Source: Squalus acanthias (taxonomy: Eukaryota). Taken from it: DNA of 64,000 nt. How positions within the stretch are numbered: position 1 is the stretch's first letter; each line of letters opens with the position of its first letter. The stretch spans positions 560,001 through 624,000 of the forward strand of contig JASTWF010000033.1 of NCBI GenBank assembly GCA_030390025.1. Reading direction: 5' to 3'. The position numbers and the translations under genes are program-made. The notes beneath the pieces were generated by a model. It was not told where the DNA came from. It worked only from the letters and a program-made list of their open reading frames with translations, and ran no database searches. This document shows, one piece after another, positions 21,690 through 33,320 of the stretch.

Positions 21690-23527
21690 TTTCTTTCGTG
21701 TTGCTTCTCCTACTCTCGTGCTCCTACGAAGTGCTCCCCCAGTGAGTACAGAATGGCTGATGGAAGGCTGCTGACTTTCAATGGGGAGACTGCAGATGGC
21801 CTTGCAGGAGGACCTCGAGCAGCTCTGGGCCTAGAATGCACGGCTGTAGACCGCACCACCTCGGCATGGACGGCAGCAGCCTGAGTTGGCTGGATGACAG
21901 GCAGCAGCAAGGGCACTGCCAGAGTTGCAGTGGTGGGAGTATGAATGCTGTCATCCTGAGAGAGGACTGCAGGTTCTTGCTCTGTGGAGCCACTGCCACT
22001 TCCCAGGGTGGCGCCTCTGCAATTCTAGCCATCTATTTGGTGAAAGATTGCCGGAGTGCTGTGAGACCCCGCACTTCATACTCGTAAATCCAGCCACGAT
22101 GGCAGCAATGTGAGCTTCCACTGCAGTACTGAGACGTTGGGTCGCTTCCGCCTGTGCTGCAATGGAAGCTGTGACATCACCCATCACACACAGCATCATG
22201 GCTGGGTCTACTAGGTCTCTCATGAAGTTGGCCATCATTTCCATCCTGGAAAACACGGGCTCCAAGCTCCGTGCAAATTCCTGTGCAATGTTGGAGCTGG
22301 ACATCTCCATGCTCCTTGGCACTGACAAGAGGCCCTCTGGCAGGCTTGCCATTGCACCTAGCATTTCAGTGTGCATACCCATCACCCTTCTTCTGATGGC
22401 CGTCCCATTGAGGTACTGATCTGATTCCTGTGCATCATAACTCGTGCATGAACTCACCCACTGGGGAGCTGACACCCATCTATCCTTTCCCCCTGACCTG
22501 GCTGCAGCCCACTGGTGTCCAGTAACTCACCTCCTGCAGAGCCTGCCTCTATACTACACTCTAAAATCTACGCAGTGCCATTTTCTGAGCTGGAGCCTGT
22601 GAATATCAGATGCATTGACGGTGCTCCTGCATTGCTCTCCTCCAAAGATTCATAGAAACATAGAAACTAGGAGCAGGAGTAGGCCATTCGGCCCGTCGAG
22701 CCTGCTCCACCATTCAATACGATCATGGCTGATCATCCAAATCCAGTACCCTGTCCCTGCTTTCTCACACATAATCCCCATCGAGTCTGCACCGACACAT
22801 ATCCCACCCTATCCCCACGTATTTAATTCCCCCTAACATATCCCTTCCGATCCTATCCCCGTAACCCCACATATTTAATCCCCCCCCTAACACTAAGGGT
22901 CAATTTATCATAGCCAAATCAACCTAACCCGCACATTTTTGGACTGTGGGAGGAAACCGGAGCACCCGGAGGAAACCCACGCAGACACGGGGAGAATGTG
23001 CAAACTCCACACAGACAGTCACCCGAGGCCAGATTCGAACCCGGGTCCCTGGCGCTGTGAAGCACCAGTGCTAACCACTATGCCACCGTGTTGCCCCTTC
23101 GGGGACAGGTTGGCGTAGTTGGAATTCGTGTGTAGCTGAAAGGAGAAAGGCACAAGGGTCGAGATGTGGTGAAGGATGGGGGATAGCAAGATATCCATGC
23201 CTACACCATCAGTGTGTTGCATTGGAGCAATGTGTGAGGCTTGTGGTGCAGATGGTGCGATATGGCATTTGATGATGCATTCACCCACCTTGACCACTCG
23301 TCTGAGGTCATTAAACTTTTTGCGGGATTGCATCCAGGTCTTGGGGCTAACACTTGTCGCACTGACGGCTTCAGCGATCACCTCCCGCAGCCTTCTGTTG
23401 TCCTTCCCTGACAGCCTCTTGCCACTCTTAGATAGACGGCCTGACAGCGTCTTTGAAACTCGAGCACCAAGGCCTCCATTGCTGCATCTGAAAATCACCT
23501 CGTCCTTTCTCTTAGCTGTTGGAACAT
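21690..23527 (-). pseudogene. Harbinger Myb/SANT-like partner gene remnant (multi-exon), convergent with the transposase
   Basis: Exon 1 23527-23289: M..RER..*FSDAAMEALV...IAEAVSATSVSPKTWMQSRKKFNDLRRVVK ending at AG|GTGGGT; helical ORF 21951-22475 downstream. Confidence 0.75.
22651..23096 (-). mobile_element. Full-length HE1-type V-SINE
   Basis: tRNA-like head GGGCAACACGGTGGCATAGTGG...GGTTCGAATC, V-domain GTCTGTGTGGAGTTTGCACATTCTCCCCGTGTCTGCGTGGGTTTCCTCCGGGTGCTCCGG, CR1-derived tail (TTTCTATG)n. Confidence 0.9.
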
Positions 23528-23879
23528 GGTTTTCTCCACAATGACAATGAGGTGCTTCTGCAACAAGGCACTTCCTCTTTAAAGGTGCAGCGAACCTAGG
23601 CCAAGCTTTATTGGCCAGTAGACTGCACTGGATATTGTCACCCCTGTTCAGCACTAAGCCAATCAGCAGCAGATTTAGCGCTGAGATCAGCATTGCAATC
23701 ATTACAATAAGCAGGCAGCACGAATTGAGTGTGCTTCCTGCACCACTTAGGAAGGAGTGGGGCAGATCGAGCTTTGCGCTGCCTGCGCCTGTTTTCAGGC
23801 CTTGTACAATTTCTAGAGCTATATTCCAGATCAGAACAAATTGCCGCATTACAACAATGCTCCTGATATTCCTCATGGA

Positions 23880-24070
23880 TGTTTTCTTGCAAATTATGCT
23901 AAATCTGTGTCCTTTGGTTACCGACCCTCCTGCCAGTGGAAACAGTTTCTCCTTATATACTCTATCAAAACACTTCATGATTTTGATCGCCTCATTTCAA
24001 TCTCCAGTTAACCCTCTCTGCTCTAAGAAGAACAATCCCAGATTCTCTAGTCTCTCCACATAACTGAAGT
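23880..24070 (-). mobile_element. Degenerate CR1 ORF2 fragment
   Basis: ERLENLGLFFLEQR...KLFPLAGGSVTKGHRF. Confidence 0.7.
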
Positions 24071-25060
24071 CTCCGGTAACAATTTAGGGATTAGCTCTTT
24101 GTCTGATGGCGATCCCTGGAAATGAGATTTATTTGCACTATGCAACTGGAAGTGAGAACATAAGTGTAAGGACTCCTGACAGTGAGTTCTTTGCAGGGGT
24201 TCTGTGGAACAGTTAGTATTTGCGAATGGATTCCCAGGAATTGTGCCATAACTCCAGTAAGTTCCATGCAATTGTAAATGTTTATTCAGGTACCAATGAT
24301 TACATCACCATCTACAGGGTTGGGGCTCTTGGGATCTTGTTATACCGGTTCCTGGAGGTGTATCAATATTAGTGGGGAGTTCTCAGGAATGTTTAAATGT
24401 TTAGAGCAGGTACATGTCCATATCTGGCTATGTGCAACGTCAATGGTTGTGTATTTCTGGGAAAGATTCACGGGTCATGTGCACACATTCTTTGGGGTCG
24501 CCAGGAGTGTGTCTGCATTTTAAGGGCAATGGAAATAGGACAATGTTTGCCATGGATCTTCAGAAATGAGCAAAGGATATTCCCGGGTGCTCAACCAGTT
24601 GTTTTCCTTCACTGACTGAGGTTAAATTCCACACTGAGAATTGGATAGAAATTCTCTGAAATTACAGAACCTCATTATCGCAGAGATCATCAGAAACCTG
24701 TAACTAAACCTGTTCTCGCTTCACCCAATGCAGTCATACTGACGATTCCACATAATCTGATTAACCCTGAGCTTTGGGGATATTCACTTTATTTCTGTGC
24801 AATATCGGGCTAAATATAATTTATGATATTGCAACACGTTGTGTAAAAGAGATTAACTGAATCTGTTTGTTCAGTCACTGTAAATAATGTCAGTCTCCTT
24901 GCGCCCTAATTATGTCAGTGGAGATTTATCTCGCCTTACATAAGGGCCTTCGCTCAGTGTGTTAACCCAGAGTGTCTCTCGGAGCTTGGTCTGCAGAACA
25001 ACCCGGGATCAGCGTTCAGCAGAAGTTGGAAAAACTGATCGGAGTCCTCCATGAGAAAAT

Positions 25061-25130
25061 ATGGCATTGCGTGCAATTCTACGTGTACAGAAGATTTATT
25101 ATCCCACCCTCGCTGTTTTTGGTATCCCTG
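25061..25130 (+). CDS. GPR139/GPR142-like GPCR, coding exon 1
   Basis: MALRAILRVQKIYYPTLAVFGIP, then G|GTAAGT donor (phase 1); supplies the first half of TM1. Confidence 0.85.
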
Positions 25131-26034
25131 GTAAGTCTCTATCCCCAGGTATTAATCCTGTAACCATTTTAATTGCATTCCTGCCTGTAACTATCATATC
25201 CCAGTTGCTGTCGGTGTTCCTTGTAAGTGACCATATTACTATTTCATGCTGGAAAGGATATTTAACTGTAAACACTGTGTTCATTATGCAAACCTGCATA
25301 TCCAAAGATTCATTGTATTCAGTTTATTCCTCTTGCTTTGTGTCTGAAAGTAACTTGTTCCCCGACAGTGTCACTGGGTGATTTATTGAATGAATATCTT
25401 ACAATCTGCAGTCCGGTCTGAGTCTGGGAGTAGATTTTACACTTTACCCTCTGGGCGTTAAACAGCGACTGAGGAGGCCGGTGGAACAAGAAGTGGGCGA
25501 GAAGGATTTACAACACCAGCCACAGTCGTTCCATTGATTTTAAAGGAAGGTGAATCTGGCGGGTTCTGTTATTGGTGAGGGGTCTGTTACCCGCCCCGAT
25601 TATCTGTGTGTGCTCCGGACAGGCGGTGATTGATTGTTAGACAGTGAAGATCGAATCAAATCCAATCAGGAATATGTTCATGGCTTCAAGGATATTTTTT
25701 ATATCTGTTGGGTAAAATTAATGATACAGAGTTGCAATTGGCGATAAATCATTCCAACTGATTTTAATTCCAATTGATTGTAAATGGAGTAAGGTGCATT
25801 GTAGATTGCTTTATCATTTTATCGTTTTGTATTCCCTCTATCAATTTCAAACCTATTCAGTTCTCACTCACATGTGGACAGCGCCAGATTAGTATTGTTT
25901 CACTTCCATTCAGATTCTTTCTCAAACACAAGGTGGCAGATCGAATCGTTAGTTACAGCATCAGCCCCTTTATAGTGGCTGCCCATCCGAATAGCTTAGA
26001 AATACGAATGGAATTTCTCCCATTACAAAATCAT

Positions 26035-26215
26035 TAGATAGATTGACAGATAGATAGATAGATAGATAGAGTGATAGATAGATGGACAGACATATATATA
26101 GATAGATAGAGAGACAGACAGATAGATAGATAGAGAGATAGATAGATAGATTGATTGATAGACAGATAGATGGACAGACAGATAGATAGATAGATAGATT
26201 GATAGATAGACAGTC

Positions 26216-26262
<47 letters not shown>

Positions 26263-26393
26263 CAGATAGATAGATAGATAGATGGACAGACAGATAGATA
26301 GATAGATAGATTGATAGATAGACAGACAGATAGATAGTAGATAGATAGATTGATAGATAGACAGACAGATAGATAGATAGACAGATAGATATT

Positions 26394-26425
<32 letters not shown>

Positions 26426-26454
26426 TAGATAGACATATAGATAGATAGACAGAC

Positions 26455-26522
<68 letters not shown>

Positions 26523-26542
26523 TAACAGACAGACAGATAGAC

Positions 26543-26621
<79 letters not shown>

Positions 26622-26782
26622 CAGACAGATATTCAGATAGACAGATAGATATATAGATATACAGACGGATAGATAGATAGATAGACAGACAGATAGACCG
26701 ACAGACAGATAGATAGACAGATAGACAGATAGACAGACAGATAGACAGATAGATAGATAGACAGATAAACAGACAGGCAGAC

Positions 26783-26854
<72 letters not shown>

Positions 26855-26930
26855 GGATGGACAGACAGATAGATAGTTAGATAGACTGATAGACAGACAG
26901 ATAGGTAGATAGATAGACAGACAGACAGAC

Positions 26931-26965
<35 letters not shown>

Positions 26966-26970
26966 CAGAC

Positions 26971-27021
<51 letters not shown>

Positions 27022-27112
27022 GAGATAGACAGAGAGATAGATAGATAGATAGATGGATAGATAGATAGATAGATGGACAGACAGACAGATAGATAGATAG
27101 ATAGAGATATAA

Positions 27113-27157
<45 letters not shown>

Positions 27158-27238
27158 CAGATAGACAGATAGACAGACAGATAGATAGATAGATAGATAG
27201 ACAGATAGACAGACAGATAGATAGATAGATAGATAGAC

Positions 27239-27285
<47 letters not shown>

Positions 27286-27294
27286 CAGACAGTG

Positions 27295-27328
<34 letters not shown>

Positions 27329-27329
27329 C

Positions 27330-27412
<83 letters not shown>

Positions 27413-27485
27413 CAGATAGACAGATAGATAGATAGATAGATAGATGGACAGACAGTGGATAGACATACTGACTGATAGACAGACA
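26035..27485 (+). repeat. (GATA)n/(GACA)n compound microsatellite, about 1.45 kb, intronic
   Basis: Directly visible. Confidence 0.98.
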
Positions 27486-28611
27486 GGCAGTACATTTTGT
27501 ATTGGTAATAGTATCAGATCGGTTATGTAACACTGGCCTCCCATTATACACCTCTCACGAATTTCCTTTGCATTGATTTTAATGGATAGTGAAACCGAGT
27601 GGTGTTTTAGAAACATTGGCACATTCGATATTGTCTGGTTTACTTCTTTGCTGAAAGTTAAAAGTTGCGCCAGTAATCAATGATTGAAATCGGGCAGTGT
27701 GTACAACACTCAGCAAATCCGCTATTGACCATTTTTATCCGGGAGCAAAAGACAATATTCCGTTATTATTGCCAATACTGATTTTTTTTAAGTTTCTCTC
27801 TCTTCCTCTCCAGAAGGTATTGTGTCCTTGATGAGTTTTCACAAGACAGCTATCTCATGTTCCACACATGATTACAGATGATTCTCCTTTGGTCCATTTT
27901 TCCACTGCCGTTTCACACCCCAGATGTTTCCGGCCCAGAAGGAGACGATTCAGCCTTCTCTCAGTCTCAGCTGTTTGCTGCAGTATTTCAAAAACGACTC
28001 CCCAGACCCACTCTCTCCTCATGACCCTGTGTCTTCCTCTGCTCCTTGTACTGTTCTACTCTTTAGTTAGAAGTATATCCTCTAAGATTGATTTACGCAG
28101 TCTCGAGTTCCGACCCATCTCACGGCTGATGTTAATTTGAAATACCTCATTGATGATTTTAATTCACTCTTGTTCTCTGCCTCTGTATCTAATTTCAGCT
28201 ATCATTTGAAGCTAACCCGCCCGGCGGGAACCAGGCGAGTTCGGGCCGGACACCCGTTTTACAGCCCGCCCGATTTCGCTGTGCATTGACTTCAATGTTG
28301 CGGACCATTGGACCTTGAGTAAAACAGGTGTCCGACTTGAACACACTCCATTCCCGCTGGTCGGTCTCGTTTAAACTCCGGGTTTATACAGGCCCTTCCT
28401 AGGTTTCGGTACCAGGGACCACTCTGAAATTACCGTTCATTAAGTTTGAGGCGAGTCAGCAGGTGTAAAATGTCATTCTGCAACGGCACATAACGTGGCT
28501 GAACAATCCTTTTACTCGTCAAACATTCAAACAGACACTTTACAGCAGAAGTCATTACACAGTGTACAGGAGCAGGGCCAAGGCGTATACCCCACCATAT
28601 CCCAGAGTCAC

Positions 28612-29280
28612 TGATTAGGAGCAGGACTCATGTGAACAATGGTTAACAGAAGAGGTGAGAGATAACATAAAGCTAATGGAAAGAACATACAAAAGTGAAA
28701 ATAATAGTGTAGATCGAGAGAGCTGCCAGAGATAGAAAGAACAGCAAAGGAAGACAACACAGATATGAAGAGCTGGAAAGAGGGAATACGAAAATAACAT
28801 TGCGATGGATTTCAAGAGCAACACAAAAGGTTTTTACAATTATATAAGAGAAAAAGTAGTCGGGGTAACGTAAGCAAGAAAACAGTATCAGCAAATATAA
28901 TGGCACTGAAGACTGATAATCCCGAGAACCAGATGGCTTCCACCCCAGGGTTATAAAGAAAGTAGTGAGGAAATTGCAGATGGTTTAGCCGTAATCTTCC
29001 GAAGCTCTCTCGAGTCATGAATTGTCCCATTAGGTTGCAAAATTACAAATGCAACTGTTATTTAGGAAAGGTGAGAGAGAGATACCAGGAAATGAAAGAT
29101 TAGATAGTCTAACATTTGTTTTGGGAAGTGATTCAGCTAAACTGAGCAATTGTTGGATATTAAGTTATACAGACACGAGGCAGATGAATGGAGTTTGGAT
29201 ACAGATAGCCCAGATCTCATTAAATGGCGGAACAGGCTCGTTGGGCTGAATGGCACACTCCTGCTCCTAAGTTCATATGT
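28612..29280 (+). mobile_element. Highly degenerate CR1 fragments and tail in the GPCR intron
   Basis: KSPG/HPRV-like and NATVLFRKG remnants; tail AATGGCGGAACAGGCTCG...CTCCTGCTCC. Confidence 0.6.
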
Positions 29281-29284
29281 GACA

Positions 29285-29572
29285 TCCCATTAATACCCAG
29301 GGTCTCTGATCAGCATCAGGAGTCAGGGGATTACATACTCAGCATATCTCAGGGTCAGTGATCAGGAGCAGGACCAATGGGAGTTTCACCCTCAGCACAT
29401 CTCAGAGTCACTGATCAGGAGCAGGGCCAAGGGGGTTACAAACTCAGCACATCTCAGAGTCACTGATCAGGAGCAGGGCCAAGGGGAGTTTCACCCTCAG
29501 CACATCCCAGAGTCACTGCTTAGGAGCTGGAACCAGGGGGATCAACCCCACCATATCACAGGGTCATTGATT
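29285..29572 (+). repeat. 52-53 bp minisatellite, about 5.5 copies
   Basis: Unit CTCAGCACATCTCAGAGTCACTGATCAGGAGCAGGGCCAAGGGG... starts at 29338, 29391, 29443 and 29496. Confidence 0.9.
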
Positions 29573-29941
29573 CCAATTGTAACTGACTAGGCCCAGATTT
29601 GACCGTGGGACCTTCTGTCAGCACCATCAGGTTTTGTTGGCACCAGTCAGTGTGTTTACTCTTTGTTCATTAGGGCAAACCACATTCTATTGTTGGACAT
29701 TTCTGAATAAATATAACCGTGTTATTTTCATGTTTATTTATCCAATTTGATCAGACCTTGACTTCACAAATCATTACTGACAGTTGACTTGAAGTCTTAG
29801 CTCTAACATGAAGTTCTGTGACATCGGATTCCATCACGGGATGTTGTGAGCTCTCAGTAAATTGCATCCATTGATCCACGACACTGATATTTCTGCTCCC
29901 ATCCTGATGTGTAATTTCCCTTGCCCCCCACTTCCTTCCAG

Positions 29942-30843
29942 TTAACTTAGTGACGATTGTGATCCTGTCTCGGGGAAAGTGTGGTCTCTCCAAATGTGTC
30001 ACTCGGTACCTGGTGGCCATGGCAGCGGCGGATCTACTGCTCGTTATCTTCGATCTGATACTGAGGCACATTCCAATTGTATTTCATACAAAGTTTGACT
30101 TTGTGTCCTACATTCCCGTGTGTAATATCCACGCCGTCCTTCTTTATGCAGCCACAGACTGTTCTGTCTGGTTCACCGTCTCTTTCACCTTTGATCGATT
30201 TGTGGCCATTTGTTGCAAGAAGCTAAAAAACAAATATTGCACCGAGAGAACTGCGGCGGTGGTTATTGGAACAATGACTGTGTTGTTCTGTGTGAAGAAC
30301 ATTTTCTGGTACTTTATGGTTACAGGCAACTATATGCTAATGAGAGTTCCCTGGTTCTGCGCTATGACCTACAGTGTTATGTATTCACCAGTATGGGCAG
30401 CAATTGAATTGCTACATTATATTTTCACCCCGTGTGTACCATTTATTCTGATTCTGTTGCTCAATGTTTTAACTGTCAGACACATTTTAGTGACCATCAG
30501 AATTCGGAAGAGACTTCGGGACCGGGTCAGTGGGGAGAGTCCCAGCGATCCAGAGACAAAAAACAGAAGAAAATCAATTACTGTACTTTTTGTGATCTCA
30601 GGGAATTTTATCGTTCTATGGGCTGTGTTCCTGCTCAATACGATGTATACTAGAATTGTTCTGGTGAGCGAGTTCCCTATTGCTGAGCTCCCCCAGATTG
30701 TACAAGAAATTGGGTTTATGCTCCAGCTCCTGAGTTGCTGCACAAACACTTTTATTTATGCCGTGACCCAGAGAAAGTTCAGAGAGGAGCTGAAGAATGG
30801 GGTGAAATATCCCTTCACTGTGCCTTCTAAGATTATAAAATAA
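29942..30843 (+). CDS. GPR139/GPR142-like class A GPCR, coding exon 2 (spliced protein 323 aa, intact)
   Basis: Acceptor CCCCACTTCCTTCCAG| is in phase with exon 1 (giving GIPVNLVTIVIL); LVAMAAADLL, FTFDRFVAIC, seven hydrophobic helices, NTFIY. Confidence 0.92.
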
Positions 30844-32340
30844 CGAGGAAAACGGAAGATTTTCACCCGTAGGTTACAATGTTGTTTCACACGGTATCCC
30901 AGCCCCTCACCACCCAGTCTCTGTAATCGTGTTGTTTTGAAGGCAAACCGAGCTGATTTGATTGAGATTGAATTTGATGCAAGGTGTGTTTTGTAAACTT
31001 GGAGCAGCTGCCGTGTGTGGAAAATCCTTTACTGTAATCACATATTTAAATAAAATTAAACTGACATGGAACAACTACCGTGACAATTGTTTATTGGGTT
31101 TTATTGCTGTCTGTGTGCATGGATTTCGTCCGGACGGACTGTGATTCTATGTAATGGACTGTAACTGGGAAAAGATATAACACCAGTCGGCAATACCGCG
31201 AGTACCCCTTTACAGAGACCATCTCCAGGTAGTTTACTGATTCCTGCAGTCCTACTGCTGAAATACAAGTTATTCTGAGTGTAACCTTCTTCATGAGGTG
31301 TATATGAGGAGTTATTTATCACTGGGCTGATGGATACTGCGCGCATTACAATGGTTACCTTTATAAAGCCTGGAATTTGCGGTGGTTAATGACGGCGAAC
31401 AAACAACATTCGCTGTTATTACCCCTCTGAAACTGACCGCAACTTCAGGATGCAGCGCATGGGCATCGAAACACGGAAATCCTGAAGTTGCGGTCAGTTA
31501 TTCACTGCTCCGACACTGGCTGCGCTGTGCCCCCGCCCCCACCCCCATAGCCGGCAATCAGTGGAATCAGGGAAATCAGTGAAACTGACCAAACTCGGGC
31601 TTTTCCCGGCAATATCTCTGTTAAAGTCTGAATAAACGCAACTTCTTCGCGTCCTGCTTCCTGTGAGAATTCTGCATTGTGCTGCACAGACTTTAAATTA
31701 ATAAATCAGCTTCATTAACAAATATAATTAGTTGATGCTAAAGCCAAAAAAAAGTAGATAGAATAAACAGGTAAGGATGAAATTGGTCCTGGGCGGGACA
31801 GTAAAACGGGCGATAGTGAATCGGCAGCCTTTTTGTCGAGCCCTGGACTTTCTTTTCAATTCAACACGGTGCTCCATACGGGGTCTGACCAAGGCTCTGC
31901 ATAACTGAAGCCTTATTTCCTCCTGTTCATATTTGAGCTCCCTTCAGATTTTATGTTTAATCCCCTCAGGACACCTTGGGATTGGAAAAAAAATGATGCC
32001 TTGCCAGAGCTGCCCACAAACCAAGGAGCAACAATTGAATAAACTGAATTAATAATTGAAAAGTGAACATGACATGGTGCAGATGAAATATAAGAAGCTA
32101 AGATTTTTTTATTTAATTATTGCAAAATAGATCACATTATCGGGACAATAGTAGAAGCAGTTCAAACACCAGCGACAACTAATATACATGGATGAGCATT
32201 TTGATTTCAATCTTACACCACGTATGTCTCGTAATCTTCTGCTGTGCCTTTTCTAATTTCAGTTTCACTAGAACAGTTGGACAACTATCATCGTGGCTTC
32301 TTTAACATGAGACCCTCCGTAAAGCAAATCCATAGGGTTT

Positions 32341-33320
32341 ATACATAGATACATAGATACATAGAAGATAGGAGCAGGAGTAGGCCATCCGGCCCTTCGA
32401 GCCTGCTCCACCATTTAATGAGATCATGGCTGATCCTTCAATTCAGTATCCCGTCCCCGCCTTCTCTCCGTAACCCTTAACCCCTTTTGCCTGTAGAAAT
32501 ATATCTAATTCCCTCTTAAATATATTTAATGAGCTGGCGTACACTGCCCTCTGTGGCAATGAGTTCCACAGGTTCACCACCCTCTGAGTGAAGAAATTCC
32601 CCCTCATTTCTGTCCTAAATGGTTTAGCCCTTATCCTTAAATTATGTCCTCTAGTTCTGTTCTCACCCGCCAAGGGAAACATTCCTTCTGCATCTAGTCT
32701 GTCTAGACCTGTCAGAATTTTACACACTTCTATGAGGTCCCCTCTCAATCTTCTAAACTCCAGTGTGTACATCCCTAAACTACATAGTCTCTCCTCATAG
32801 GTCAATCCCGCCATTCCTGGTATCAGCCTGGTGAATCGCCGCTGCACCCCCTCCATGGCAAGAACATCTTTCCTCAGATGAGGCGACCAAAACTGTACAC
32901 AGTACTCGAGGTGTGGCCTCACCAGTGCCCCGTACAGCTGCAGCAAGGTATCCCTGTTCCTGTATTCCAACCCTTTTGCTATGAAGGCCAGCATACCGTT
33001 TGCCTTCTTGACCGCCTGCTGCACCTGCATGCTCGCCTTCAGTGACTGGTGTACAAGAACACCCAGGTCTCTCTGTACTTCCCCCTCTCCCAATTTATTG
33101 CCATTTAAATAATAAATAATAATTTGCCCTCCCGTTCCTGCACCCAAGGTGGATAACTTCGCACTTGTCCACATTATAGTGCATCTGCCATTTATCCGCC
33201 CAATCACCCAGTCTGTCCAAATCGCTCTGGAGCTTCCTGGTCTCCTCCTCTGAGCCCACCCCCCCCTCCTAGTTTAGTGTCGTCTGCAAATTTGGAAATG
33301 CTGCATCCGACTCCCTGATC
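32341..33320 (-). mobile_element. 5'-truncated CR1 LINE
   Basis: (ATACATAG)n tail; ORF 32443-33207 is the CR1 ORF2 C-terminus; KFADDTK near 33290. Confidence 0.9.

Noticed and set aside
23019..23978. 319-aa ORF as a novel gene
   Set aside because: Chance read-through of a CR1 fragment, the Harbinger Myb exon, an intron and a SINE head
26023..27622. Long ORFs of 490, 329 and 224 aa (LSIY repeats)
   Set aside because: Translation artefacts of the GATA microsatellite
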